NCBI GenBank assembly: GCA_043802785.1
Contig: JAZDKR010000024.1
Coordinates: 97 to 64,096, forward strand
Source of the DNA: Elusimicrobiota bacterium
GTDB taxonomy: Bacteria; Elusimicrobiota; UBA8919
Direction of reading: 5' to 3'
DNA length: 64,000 nt
Positions 8,413 through 17,081 of the stretch are shown piece after piece (position 1 is the first letter of the stretch; each line of letters begins with the position of its first letter). Position numbers and translations under genes: made by a program. The notes under the pieces are model-generated. The model saw only the letters and a program-made list of their open reading frames with translations. It did not search any database and had not been told where the DNA came from.

Positions 8413-9554
8413 TCTTCACGGACTTCTAACCCAGATATGCACAATTCTGCCGTCTTTTTTGACTTATTTTGCAAATCATCTATAACCGCAAACATTTTCT
8501 CCGAATTGTTCTTATCTATTTTATCCAAAATCTGCGAATATATTTTTTCATTGCTATCGTAAATAGGTTCTCCTATCATCTGTAAAAAGTTTTTAATTTT
8601 CGAATATCGTGGTATCGGAACAAAAGGAATTTTATATTTTACAGCCAGAATTAATCCATGCAACCTCATACTTACTATTATGTAAAGTTTAGAAAATAAT
8701 TCCAAAAGTTGCCCTGTATCATTCCATACAAAAATATCAACCGGAACATTTGTATTATTCTTGATTACATTCAGCAATTTTATATCTTTTGACAACTGAA
8801 ACGGTATGAGAACAACTTCGGCTTTCAAGTTTTTTACAATCAAATCGGACAGTTCGGAAAATACTTGGACATCTTTTTTCCAATTTTTTGTTTTTCTTAA
8901 AATTATCCCAACCATTTGTTTTTTAGGTAGAGAACGGTCTTCTTGGAAATCCGCCAAAGTTTTAATGGTGGGCTTGCCCGCCGATGGTTCAGTGGATAGA
9001 GACCGTTCAATTGAGATGACAGGGTCTAAAGACCCTGTTCTACCTCGTACTTTTAAGCCGAAAACAGGGTCAGCCGTAACAGTAATTTCTTTATTTATTC
9101 CAAAAGATACGAGCAACTTCTTATCTTGCTCCGTTCTTACCGTGATAAAATCAACATTGTTGAAACACTTTTTTATCAAAAAAATATTGAATGAATATCT
9201 AATTTCTCCAATTCCGGTGGCATAAATAAAAACGGTTTTTTTGAAAATTTTTGCGGTTAAAATTATCAAAAGATAATACCACAAACTTAATATGCCTGTT
9301 GTATCCTGAAAAAGTCCGCCGCTGCCTGATAACAGCATTTTACATTTTGCAATTTCCTTGACGATAGAAAAAACATTCCATCTGTTGACGGCACACACAT
9401 TATGCTCATTAGAAGTTTCGTTTGGTGTAGCGGATAAAACGGTAATGTTAACATCCGGCTTGTAAAACCGTAGGTCAGTTATCATTGCCTTGAGAATAAG
9501 TTCATCTCCGGCATTTTTGAAACCATAATAACCGGAGATAAGTATATCAGCCAT
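8409..9554 (-). CDS. csaB: Polysaccharide pyruvyl transferase (CsaB-like). Carries an in-frame repeat insertion at about 8966-9062.
   Basis: N-terminal ISGYYGFKNAGDELIL is typical of the pyruvyl transferase family. Confidence 0.7.
   Translation of the reverse strand: MADILISGYYGFKNAGDELILKAMITDLRFYKPDVNITVLSATPNETSNEHNVCAVNRWNVFSIVKEIAKCKMLLSGSGGLFQDTTGILSLWYYLLIILTAKIFKKTVFIYATGIGEIRYSFNIFLIKKCFNNVDFITVRTEQDKKLLVSFGINKEITVTADPVFGLKVRGRTGSLDPVISIERSLSTEPSAGKPTIKTLADFQEDRSLPKKQMVGIILRKTKNWKKDVQVFSELSDLIVKNLKAEVVLIPFQLSKDIKLLNVIKNNTNVPVDIFVWNDTGQLLELFSKLYIIVSMRLHGLILAVKYKIPFVPIPRYSKIKNFLQMIGEPIYDSNEKIYSQILDKIDKNNSEKMFAVIDDLQNKSKKTAELCISGLEVREE
8966..9062. repeat. Palindromic element with core gaccgttcaattgagatgacagggtctaaagacc, sitting in-frame inside csaB.
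   Basis: The same core is found in reverse orientation inside glnN at about 26085-26150. Both copies read through in frame. Confidence 0.7.
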
Positions 9555-9555
9555 A

Positions 9556-9695
9556 TATCGTCGCTTCGCTCCTACGCGAATAATCGCTAATCAAACGCAA
9601 ATATTCGCGAATATCTGCATTCCATTCACGACCATTCGCATTGTTTTTATTCGCGTGTATTCGCGTGCCACTTATTCGCGTCTATTCGCGTTTTA
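9556..9695. promoter_or_regulatory. CGCGAA phased repeat array (A4), the longest copy, upstream of csaB.
   Basis: Sequence cgcgaataatcgctaatcaaacgcaaatattcgcgaatatctgcattccattcacgaccattcgcattgtttttattcgcgtgtattcgcgtgccacttattcgcgtctattcgcg. Nearly identical to 50396-50510. Confidence 0.65.
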
Positions 9696-11161
9696 ATATA
9701 AATCAAAATTATTCCCAAAATCAAACCTAAAAAAATCCCGTTAAAACTTCTCAAAAGCGAAACAAAAAAAGGAGTGTGTATGTGGCAGAATGTATTAATT
9801 ATTGAAATCTGACCTATAATACCGACGATAAAAAACGGTTTCCACAAACTAACCCCACAGGTAAGTGTGGGGTTAGTTTTGTATTTCAGATAAATTGCCA
9901 ATATCATAAAAGGATGACCTATTAGGAATTCCTTAAATCGTGGTCGGACATAAAATATTTTTTCTAAAAACAGACGAAAATTATCTTCTAAAGGTGTAGT
10001 TGAACCATAATTCCCGGTTCTGATGATATAAAAGCCAACTGCAATCAGTAAAAATCCAATAAAAATTGCTTCGCCATACAAAAGCGGTTTTTTCAGAAAA
10101 TTTTTTAAGTTACTTTTATACAGCAAATAAATTAAACATATCACTGGCAACAAAAAGGATATTTTTACTCCTCTAAATGTTTCAACGCCAAGCATAAAAT
10201 CTTTCGTGGATAAAAGTGATGATATTACTGTGCCTGATAAAAGTGAAAAAACTGTTATGACTGAAAAAATCAAAACGGTTTTTATTACCGAAAACTTCCC
10301 GTTAAAATTGTAACAAAAACATAGTGGTAAAAGACAAATTACCGGCGATATCAGTGCTATAAGAAATGAAAATAATTTTGTTAGTCCAACATATCTTGTA
10401 AGTTTGGGATTTACTTTTCCGATTACTTCGGGTTTGCCAATACAAAATCCGGAATTTTCAAGAATTTTCTTTGATTCTTTAATATATTCAAGAGCATTAT
10501 CAAGCGTTGTTTGGGACAAGTCCAGAATTATTATTCTAACATTTCTTTCAAATGCAGCACGATTTATCTTTTCTCCGATGGAGTCCCATTGGACAAGATT
10601 TTTTTTATAATCGGCATCCCATCTCAACTTAAAAACTCTGTAACCGCTGCCGGAATTTTTAAGTATTTTTTTAACTTCTTCCTGTTTGGCAAATTCAACA
10701 ATTCCGAATGTATAATTAAAATTATCTGGTATTTCGCCATAAAAATCGTCAGATAAAATGACTGCCAAAACATTCGGATTTTTTCTTGGGATTATGGAAA
10801 TATCGCCCTGAACCGAAAAAATAATATCAAGATTCAATTTTGAAACGACTGAAATTTTTTCTGATGAAACGCCAAGATATTTTTCCTGTGGAAATTTTTT
10901 GAATTCTGCATCCCCATTACCTTCGGCAAAAAAATCCTTCGCTTTTTCGTCGGAAATGACAACAGTATTTATTCCAGCAATTCTAAAATCTGTTAATTTT
11001 TCTACACCGAAAAAATCCACTATATCGTCATATTTAACGGCAAGTGCAACAGAATTACCGGACTGCTCGCAAATCCTGTTCTTTAACGGAGTAAATAAAA
11101 TTCCTAACAGAATTAAAAGAAAACCCGTGTAAATTAAGACAATTTTTAAAATTTTTTTCAT
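9647..11161 (-). CDS. Polytopic membrane protein of unknown function, with an N-terminal extracytoplasmic domain and a C-terminal block of about 8 TM helices.
   Basis: Hydrophobicity pattern only. I see no recognisable catalytic motif. Confidence 0.4.
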   Translation of the reverse strand: MKKILKIVLIYTGFLLILLGILFTPLKNRICEQSGNSVALAVKYDDIVDFFGVEKLTDFRIAGINTVVISDEKAKDFFAEGNGDAEFKKFPQEKYLGVSSEKISVVSKLNLDIIFSVQGDISIIPRKNPNVLAVILSDDFYGEIPDNFNYTFGIVEFAKQEEVKKILKNSGSGYRVFKLRWDADYKKNLVQWDSIGEKINRAAFERNVRIIILDLSQTTLDNALEYIKESKKILENSGFCIGKPEVIGKVNPKLTRYVGLTKLFSFLIALISPVICLLPLCFCYNFNGKFSVIKTVLIFSVITVFSLLSGTVISSLLSTKDFMLGVETFRGVKISFLLPVICLIYLLYKSNLKNFLKKPLLYGEAIFIGFLLIAVGFYIIRTGNYGSTTPLEDNFRLFLEKIFYVRPRFKEFLIGHPFMILAIYLKYKTNPTLTCGVSLWKPFFIVGIIGQISIINTFCHIHTPFFVSLLRSFNGIFLGLILGIILIYIKTRIDANKWHANTRE

Positions 11162-12219
11162 CCGAATCGTTTTCGCAATTTGTCGCGGTCTTTTTCTAAA
11201 TCTTGCGGGGTTTTTATGGGGAAAAAACGCTCTTCTCTGTTCACTACAACATATTCTGTTTTAAGAGATGAAGAAATATCGCCGGTAAGTTGTTCAAACT
11301 GCACGACTTTTTTATCTTTAATTTTTTTTTCAATATAATAAAACGGAATATCAAATTTTCTGTTTAATAAATCTGCCTTAAAAATATATGTCGCCGTATT
11401 GAAGACAGAAATCAAATCCTGATTAAAATCCAGCGGAAACTTAAACTGTTCTACAATTTCAAGATGACCGTTCACAATAGCAGGTGTTCCACCTTTATCT
11501 CCTGGATATTTTTCTACAAGTTCTATCGTCATTTCGGAATTTCTGTGAATGTGATAACCAAAAATAAGTTCATCAATAGTTGCGCCAAGATTGTCCACAT
11601 TAGAATACCACAAATGCTCCCCGCCGTTTTTAATGAAATCTGCTAAATGTCCGCTTTGAGAAAACGCAAGGACAAAGTTACCATGTCCCGGTCCATAATA
11701 ACTTTCTATTTCCGACTCCACAAAACTTCCGTCGATATTCAACCGTTTTGCAATAAATTGATTAAAACATTTCAGAGCATCCTTAACTCCAAAATAATTA
11801 TTTTTTTCGAGATGTTCAAAAGTCGCATTTTCAGTTGCATAACTGTTCATCAAATATATCGGAATTTTCACACCATGTTTTTGACTTATTTTTTTTATCT
11901 GCTCTAATTTTATTTGAAGAAAACTTTTGCCATCATAGACCTCAATGATGCATTTGACAACTCCACCAAAACGGGTTGCCATTCCGCCATTAACAATCAC
12001 AATACCAAGTTTACCTCTTTTTATTGCATCAGCACCTATAATTTTTAATTTTTCGTTTTGAGAAATATCTTTTTTTGGATTGAAAAATTTTGTTTCATCG
12101 GGTGATTCTACTTTTACTTTTAGTATATTGTTTTTATCGGAAAATTCACCGGCAAGATATTTTTTTCTCAAATCCTCAAATAATTTTTCGTCGTAATTGT
12201 ATTTTTTTAAAATATCCAT
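11158..12219 (-). CDS. Sugar-1-phosphate nucleotidyltransferase, possibly UDPGP-family (putative UTP-glucose-1-phosphate uridylyltransferase).
   Basis: Glycine-rich nucleotide-binding stretch IVIVNGGMATRFGG. Length 353 aa. Confidence 0.4.
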   Translation of the reverse strand: MDILKKYNYDEKLFEDLRKKYLAGEFSDKNNILKVKVESPDETKFFNPKKDISQNEKLKIIGADAIKRGKLGIVIVNGGMATRFGGVVKCIIEVYDGKSFLQIKLEQIKKISQKHGVKIPIYLMNSYATENATFEHLEKNNYFGVKDALKCFNQFIAKRLNIDGSFVESEIESYYGPGHGNFVLAFSQSGHLADFIKNGGEHLWYSNVDNLGATIDELIFGYHIHRNSEMTIELVEKYPGDKGGTPAIVNGHLEIVEQFKFPLDFNQDLISVFNTATYIFKADLLNRKFDIPFYYIEKKIKDKKVVQFEQLTGDISSSLKTEYVVVNREERFFPIKTPQDLEKDRDKLRKRFG

Positions 12220-12237
12220 TCTAATTTTCTATGAGTG

Positions 12238-12268
12238 CAAGTTAATGCCGACCAAGGTCGGCAACTAC
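12238..12268. repeat. Short GCAACTAC-family element, caagttaatgccgaccaaggtcggcaactac.
   Basis: The same 31 bp occurs at 24586-24616. It overlaps the proB stop codon. Confidence 0.7.
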
Positions 12269-13084
12269 ATCAACATTGTATCTGTCACTTTTAATATCGG
12301 TAAGGAATTTTGTGCACCTCACACGGCCAGAAATTATATCGGAAATGCAAACATTTTTTTTGCCGTTTGCTATGAATGTTATAACACCGGCGGCAGTTGC
12401 AATTTTTGCGGCGTCTATTTTTGATAACATTCCACCGACGGAAAATCCGCAGCCGGCATCGGATGTTGCATAATTTTCAATATCACCTGAAATTTTCCGA
12501 ACCAATAAAATTAGTTCCGAATGTTTATTTTTTTTTGGATTTTCTTTATAAAGACCGTCAACATCAGTAAAAATTACCAGATAGTCAGCGTTCACTTTTG
12601 ATGACACCACCGCCGCGAGTGTATCGTTATCACCGAAATTTATTTCTTCCGTTGCAACCGTATCGTTTTCGTTGATGACAGGAATTACTCCCCATGATAA
12701 AAGTTTTAGAATCGTATTTCTTGTGTTAAGGTATCTGTTTCTATCTTCAAAATCATTTTTTGTAAGAAGTACCTGCGCAACAGATATACCGTATTTGGAA
12801 AAAACACTTGCCCATTTATTCATAAGGCCCACCTGCCCAACGGCAGCAGCGGCCTGTTTAGAAGGTAAATCGGATGGCTTTTTTCTGATGTCTAATTTTA
12901 ACATACCTGTTGCAATAGCACCGGAGGAAACAATAATAACCTCGTTTTTCATGTTGCAAAACGAAGCGATTTCTTCGGCGATTTTAGAGATAACATCCTG
13001 CGATGCAACAAGTCCGCTTCCGACTTTTACGACAACCCTATTCTTCATAATTGAACTCATAACTTCCCACCTTAACCATGTCAC
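12242..13084 (-). CDS. proB: Glutamate 5-kinase, short form without a PUA domain. The likely start is MKNRVVVKVGSG, near 13048.
   Basis: Amino-acid kinase motifs (VVVKVGSGLV ... EVIIVSSGAIATG). Sits downstream of obg, as in the conserved obg-proB arrangement. Confidence 0.75.
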   Translation of the reverse strand: MTWLRWEVMSSIMKNRVVVKVGSGLVASQDVISKIAEEIASFCNMKNEVIIVSSGAIATGMLKLDIRKKPSDLPSKQAAAAVGQVGLMNKWASVFSKYGISVAQVLLTKNDFEDRNRYLNTRNTILKLLSWGVIPVINENDTVATEEINFGDNDTLAAVVSSKVNADYLVIFTDVDGLYKENPKKNKHSELILLVRKISGDIENYATSDAGCGFSVGGMLSKIDAAKIATAAGVITFIANGKKNVCISDIISGRVRCTKFLTDIKSDRYNVDVVADLGRH

Positions 13085-14318
13085 CGGGTTTTATACCTTC
13101 TTCTTTTAGCCGATGCTCAATGCCAATTTTTTTCAGTGTATTCTGAAACCTTCTCTCTGATTCTAATTCTTTAAAATTGGTCATCGCAACAAGGTCAAAA
13201 ACTTTTCTGCCTGTAATTTCAAAAACATTTTCTTTTTTATGATTTATGCTACGAACTATAGAAAATTCTGGCTCGTATTTATACTGAACGCTTTTTATTT
13301 CAACAGGTTTTTCCTCTTTTACCTTCTCAATTTTCTTAAAAATTTCTTCCAGTAACGGTCTTAAACCATCACCAGTTATCGCCGAAATCGGAAAAACGGT
13401 TTTTCTATTTTTTTTCCCGAGTTTAGCGAGAAACATTTTTATCGCTTTTTCTGACGAGGGCATGTCAATTTTATTGATTGCTATAACCTGTAATTTTTTG
13501 GCAAGTTTCAAGGAATACTTTTTCAACTCCTTATTTATCGCGATGTAAGTTGAATAAACATTTTTGTTGTCGTATCCGAAAGCATCAACGATATGAAGAA
13601 GAATTTTTGTCCGTTCTATGTGCCTCAAAAAATCATGACCCAAGCCACGGCCGGAAGCAGCACCGTCAATAAGTCCCGGTATATCAGCAAAAACAAGCAT
13701 TTTGCCGTCCCGCCAAGGCGGAATAACCACGCCCAAATTAGGCGATAAAGTAGTAAAAGGATAATCTGCTATTTTTGGTCTTGCCTGTGATACTTTTGCC
13801 AAAAGCGTTGATTTTCCGGCGTTTGGATAACCTATAATCCCAACATCGGCAATCATTTTAAGTTCAAGTTCAGCCGTGCATTCCTCACCCGGCTGACCTA
13901 ATTCCTTAATACGGGGTGCGGTATTTTTTGACGACTTAAACGAGGCATTGCCTCGCCCTCCGCGACCACCAGCGGCAACAATAATTTCCTGCTGATGTTT
14001 TGTTATGTCCGCTATAATAAGACCATTTTTTTTAACAACGGTACCGAGCGGAACTTTTATTACCAGATTTTCTGCCGACTTTCCATAACAATTTTTGCCC
14101 CTTCCATGTTCTCCTTCTTTTGCCCTGTAATTTGAGTGTCTCTGTAAATCCAAAAGTGTTTTGAAATTTTCATCACCGACAATTAGGATATCACCACCAT
14201 TACCACCGTTCCCGCCATTAGGACCACCAAAAGGTTTAAACTTTTCGCGAAGAAAAGAAAGGCATCCATCACCCCCTTTTCCCGCTTTAATAAAAAGTTT
14301 CGCTTTATCTATAAACAT
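13038..14318 (-). CDS. obg: GTPase Obg/CgtA.
   Basis: Obg fold with the GGNGGNGG glycine-rich N-terminus, G-domain motifs (GYPNAGKST) and a C-terminal OCT domain. Confidence 0.9.
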   Translation of the reverse strand: MFIDKAKLFIKAGKGGDGCLSFLREKFKPFGGPNGGNGGNGGDILIVGDENFKTLLDLQRHSNYRAKEGEHGRGKNCYGKSAENLVIKVPLGTVVKKNGLIIADITKHQQEIIVAAGGRGGRGNASFKSSKNTAPRIKELGQPGEECTAELELKMIADVGIIGYPNAGKSTLLAKVSQARPKIADYPFTTLSPNLGVVIPPWRDGKMLVFADIPGLIDGAASGRGLGHDFLRHIERTKILLHIVDAFGYDNKNVYSTYIAINKELKKYSLKLAKKLQVIAINKIDMPSSEKAIKMFLAKLGKKNRKTVFPISAITGDGLRPLLEEIFKKIEKVKEEKPVEIKSVQYKYEPEFSIVRSINHKKENVFEITGRKVFDLVAMTNFKELESERRFQNTLKKIGIEHRLKEEGIKPGDMVKVGSYEFNYEE

Positions 14319-14410
14319 AAAAAAGACAGAGATTAGGAAAATGGAAATTAGGATATTAGGAAAAATCCAAACCCTAATCTCTCAATCTCCCAATCTCTTA
14401 ATCTCTGTAG
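14319..14410. repeat. Hairpin built from GAGATTAG tandem units and their inverted copies (ccctaatctctcaatctcccaatctcttaatctc).
   Basis: Same family as the repeats at 18000-18030, 25640-25700, 36525-36625, 44365-44390 and 53458-53535. Confidence 0.65.
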
Positions 14411-14538
14411 TTAATCTGTGGTTAATTCTTCAAGAAAACTGCATAGCCACGAATTACACGAAAAACTAATTTCTTTTCTTTTTAATTCGTGAAATTCGTG
14501 GCTGATGTTTTATACTTTCATATGCTTTAAAAAATATT

Positions 14539-14823
14539 TTAAGACGGGCTTATCCCACCACATATGGAGGTGATTGGAATTACGCTTATCTTTTTGCGAT
14601 CGTTAGATACCAATTGAAATTCGAGTTTGCCGGTCACTTTTGCAAAAAGCGTGTCATCTTTTCCTACACCAACATTTAACCCCGCATGATATTTTCTTCC
14701 GCGCTGACGAACAATAATACTTCCAGCCGGAATAACTTCTCCTCCAAAACGTTTTACTCCCAGCCGCTGACCAGCTGAATCGCGACCATTACAACTTGAA
14801 CCCTGAGCTTTTGTATGAGCCAT
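14539..14823 (-). CDS. rpmA: 50S ribosomal protein L27.
   Basis: [10 protein letters not shown]...GVKRFGGE, the L27 signature. Confidence 0.9.
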   Translation of the reverse strand: MAHTKAQGSSCNGRDSAGQRLGVKRFGGEVIPAGSIIVRQRGRKYHAGLNVGVGKDDTLFAKVTGKLEFQLVSNDRKKISVIPITSICGGISPS

Positions 14824-14972
14824 GTTAAAATCAGGGTTTAGGGTTTAGGGTTTAGGGTTTAGGGTTTAGGGGTTAGGGTGTAGTTAAAAGTCATTGACTT
14901 TACTATACCCTATCCCCTACACCCTGCCTCTAACTACACCCTATCCCCTACACCCTGCCTCTCTTATTGTCT
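14824..14972. repeat. (GGGTTTA)5-6 telomere-like tract, capable of forming a G-quadruplex, followed by two copies of a roughly 27-bp direct repeat (ctacaccctatcccctacaccctgcctct).
   Basis: Read directly from the sequence. It lies between rpmA and rplU. Confidence 0.8.
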
Positions 14973-14974
14973 CC

Positions 14975-15268
14975 TTATCCGATTTTTGTAATTTCAATTT
15001 CCGTATAATTCTGTCTGTGTCCGATTGTTTTTTTGTAGCCCTTTTTGGGCCTTTTTTTGAATACGATTATTTTTTTGTCTTTTGTGTTGCCGACTACCTT
15101 ACCCGTTACTTTTGCCGACTCAGTACTGATTTTTTTACCTTTGTCTGAAATAAGAATTGACTTAAACTCAACCGTATCACCGATTTTCTTGTCAAGCAAA
15201 TCCATTTTTATCATCTTACCTTCTTCCACTTTGTACTGTTTTCCACTTGCCTCAATTATTGCATACAT
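14975..15268 (-). CDS. rplU: 50S ribosomal protein L21.
   Basis: MYAIIEASGKQYKVEEG, the L21 signature. It precedes rpmA. Confidence 0.9.
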   Translation of the reverse strand: MYAIIEASGKQYKVEEGKMIKMDLLDKKIGDTVEFKSILISDKGKKISTESAKVTGKVVGNTKDKKIIVFKKRPKKGYKKTIGHRQNYTEIEITKIG

Positions 15269-15280
15269 ATGATTACTCCT

Positions 15281-15352
15281 ATTCAGGATTAAGTCGTAAG
15301 GATTAAGAAGTCAGGATTAAGAATTAAGTAAAAACTTAATCCTGCTTTTTTT
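15281..15352. repeat. GGATTAAG tandem repeat with an inverted copy, followed by a T-run. This forms a terminator-like hairpin on the plus strand.
   Basis: Sequence caggattaagaattaagtaaaaacttaatcctgcttttttt. Confidence 0.6.
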
Positions 15353-15353
15353 A

Positions 15354-16052
15354 TTATATCAAATTGTAAAATTTTGTCAAGTGCCACCAAACAAATTTGT
15401 ATATTGATAATGCAATTGTCCAGGATTCAAAAAAATACCTCTTCAAGGCAATTTTATCCGGTGTTATAAATTTAAGCATAACAACCGCTATAATAATATT
15501 CAGAATTGCTATAATGATATACGAAAAAATTTTACCGGTTTTTCGGACATCCGACTGACCAATTAATAACGACTCTAAAGTTAAAAAAATGTGAAAAGAA
15601 TACGAAAAGCCGACGAAAAAAAACAGCCACTCAACATACCTTGTCCAAATGGACTCCTTCGGAGAAACAGGGAAAGCTAGAGATAGAATATAAAAAATAA
15701 AAATTATTAAAAATGTGTAGATGGGAAAAAAATATGGCGCAAGCGATATTAAAAAATTGCTTTTGGTCGTTACGACGCTTCCATTTTTTGAAGAAACATT
15801 AAATTCTTTAACTTTTCCTCGGAATAAAATTGCCCAAAATGCGTGAGTCAGTTCGTGCCCAAAAACATATAATCTGCCCGGAATAGATTTTACTAAAAAA
15901 ATTGCAAAAAAAATTACAAAACCAGAAAGAAACCACCCTTCTGAAGAGCTTAACGGGAAAAGAGAACTAAACAATTTCCCAAACGATTTCAACAATCCAA
16001 GAGCAAACGGGAACAAAACTACAGCCACTGATAATTTTACAAAACCAACCAT
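15354..16052 (-). CDS. Integral membrane protein with an HExxH motif, a putative membrane zinc metalloprotease.
   Basis: GHELTHAFWA sits within multiple TM helices. I cannot assign a family. Confidence 0.35.
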   Translation of the reverse strand: MVGFVKLSVAVVLFPFALGLLKSFGKLFSSLFPLSSSEGWFLSGFVIFFAIFLVKSIPGRLYVFGHELTHAFWAILFRGKVKEFNVSSKNGSVVTTKSNFLISLAPYFFPIYTFLIIFIFYILSLAFPVSPKESIWTRYVEWLFFFVGFSYSFHIFLTLESLLIGQSDVRKTGKIFSYIIIAILNIIIAVVMLKFITPDKIALKRYFFESWTIALSIYKFVWWHLTKFYNLI

Positions 16053-16117
16053 ACTATTAACAGGTCATCCCGATGTGGCTAAAAGCTGGAGACGGTAGAC
16101 GGAAAACCAATCTGCAA

Positions 16118-16142
16118 ACTGCCTGATAAATTGGGCAACTAC
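16118..16142. repeat. GCAACTAC-family short element. Its terminal gTAGttgc supplies the panC TAG stop.
   Basis: Sequence ctgcctgataaattgggcaactac. Confidence 0.6.
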
Positions 16143-17059
16143 AAATCAACAACTACACAATCTATAAGACGGGTTTTGCCCACGATTACAGCAACTGCGA
16201 TTACAACTTTGCTTTTTATGTATTTTACTTCCTTAAGCGTTTCAGCATCACGAATGTCTATGTAGTCAATTTTATCAACATTTGGTAAAATTCCGCCACG
16301 GCGGATTTTTCCGCCAAAGCGGATCTCCGACAATATTTTTTTCATTTCGGAAATGATTTTTTTCGCTAATTTTACATTCTTATGTTTTATTAAATTTTTT
16401 GCCATTTGCAAAGCAAAAGAAATCGCGAGTGATCTTTTTCTTTCTGCCCCAGTTAGATAGGCATTTCTGCTGGACAATGCAAGTCCGTATTTTTCGCGAA
16501 CCGTCGGACAGGTAATAATTTGAACGGGGAAGTTGAGGTCGGAAACCATTTTTCTAATAATGACCGACTGTTGAAAATCTTTTAATCCGAAATATGCTTT
16601 GTCCGGCTGAACGATATTAAAAAGTTTAGCAACAATAGTTGCAACCCCTTTGAAATGTCCGGGGCGAAATTTTCCACACATTATATCCGACAATTTTTCA
16701 ACCATTATGTAAGTCAGATAATTTTCAGGATACATTTCAGACGGTTCTGGAGCAAAAACCAAATCCACACCTTCATTTTTACATATAGCGATATCTTTTT
16801 TAATTGGTCTTGGATATTTGCTGAAATCCTCTTTAGGACAAAATTGCGTCGGATTTACAAAAATGCTGACGACAACTATATCGGTTTCTTTTCTTGCACG
16901 GCGAATTAAGAAAATATGTCCCTGATGTAAGGCACCCATCGTCGGAATAAAACCAATTTTTTTGTTGTGCTGTTTGAATTTGAGCACTAAATTTTGAATT
17001 GATTTGATACTATGAATTATTTTCATTTTTTTGACACAGAGGACAGCTCTCCGTGCCAT
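16139..17059 (-). CDS. panC: Pantoate-beta-alanine ligase. The likely start is MKIIHSIKS, near 17026.
   Basis: GFIPTMGALHQGHIFLI (the HxGH motif) and the overall PanC family pattern. Confidence 0.85.
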   Translation of the reverse strand: MARRAVLCVKKMKIIHSIKSIQNLVLKFKQHNKKIGFIPTMGALHQGHIFLIRRARKETDIVVVSIFVNPTQFCPKEDFSKYPRPIKKDIAICKNEGVDLVFAPEPSEMYPENYLTYIMVEKLSDIMCGKFRPGHFKGVATIVAKLFNIVQPDKAYFGLKDFQQSVIIRKMVSDLNFPVQIITCPTVREKYGLALSSRNAYLTGAERKRSLAISFALQMAKNLIKHKNVKLAKKIISEMKKILSEIRFGGKIRRGGILPNVDKIDYIDIRDAETLKEVKYIKSKVVIAVAVIVGKTRLIDCVVVDL

Positions 17060-17081
17060 TTCTCTGTGATATCAGTGTCTC

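Noticed and set aside
7567-9554. A missing ftsE: is ftsX mis-called?
   Set aside because: FtsX topology and the adjacent EnvC-like coiled-coil M23 gene are both consistent with the call. ftsE can lie elsewhere in the genome. No contradiction found.
14161-14469. ORF 14161-14469 (+), spanning the obg start and the GAGATTAG hairpin.
   Set aside because: It overlaps the Obg N-terminus antisense and then runs through a repeat hairpin. No support.
14824-14880. A true telomere or eukaryotic contamination, suggested by (TTTAGGG)5.
   Set aside because: The tract is embedded in a canonical bacterial rplU-rpmA-obg operon. It is flanked by the same C-rich inverted units seen in the other bacterial intergenic hairpins.
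14319-14972. Could the short-unit repeat arrays be CRISPR arrays?
   Set aside because: The units are 7-8 bp tandem repeats followed by their own inverse complement. There are no 25-40 bp repeats separated by unique spacers of similar size, and no cas genes.
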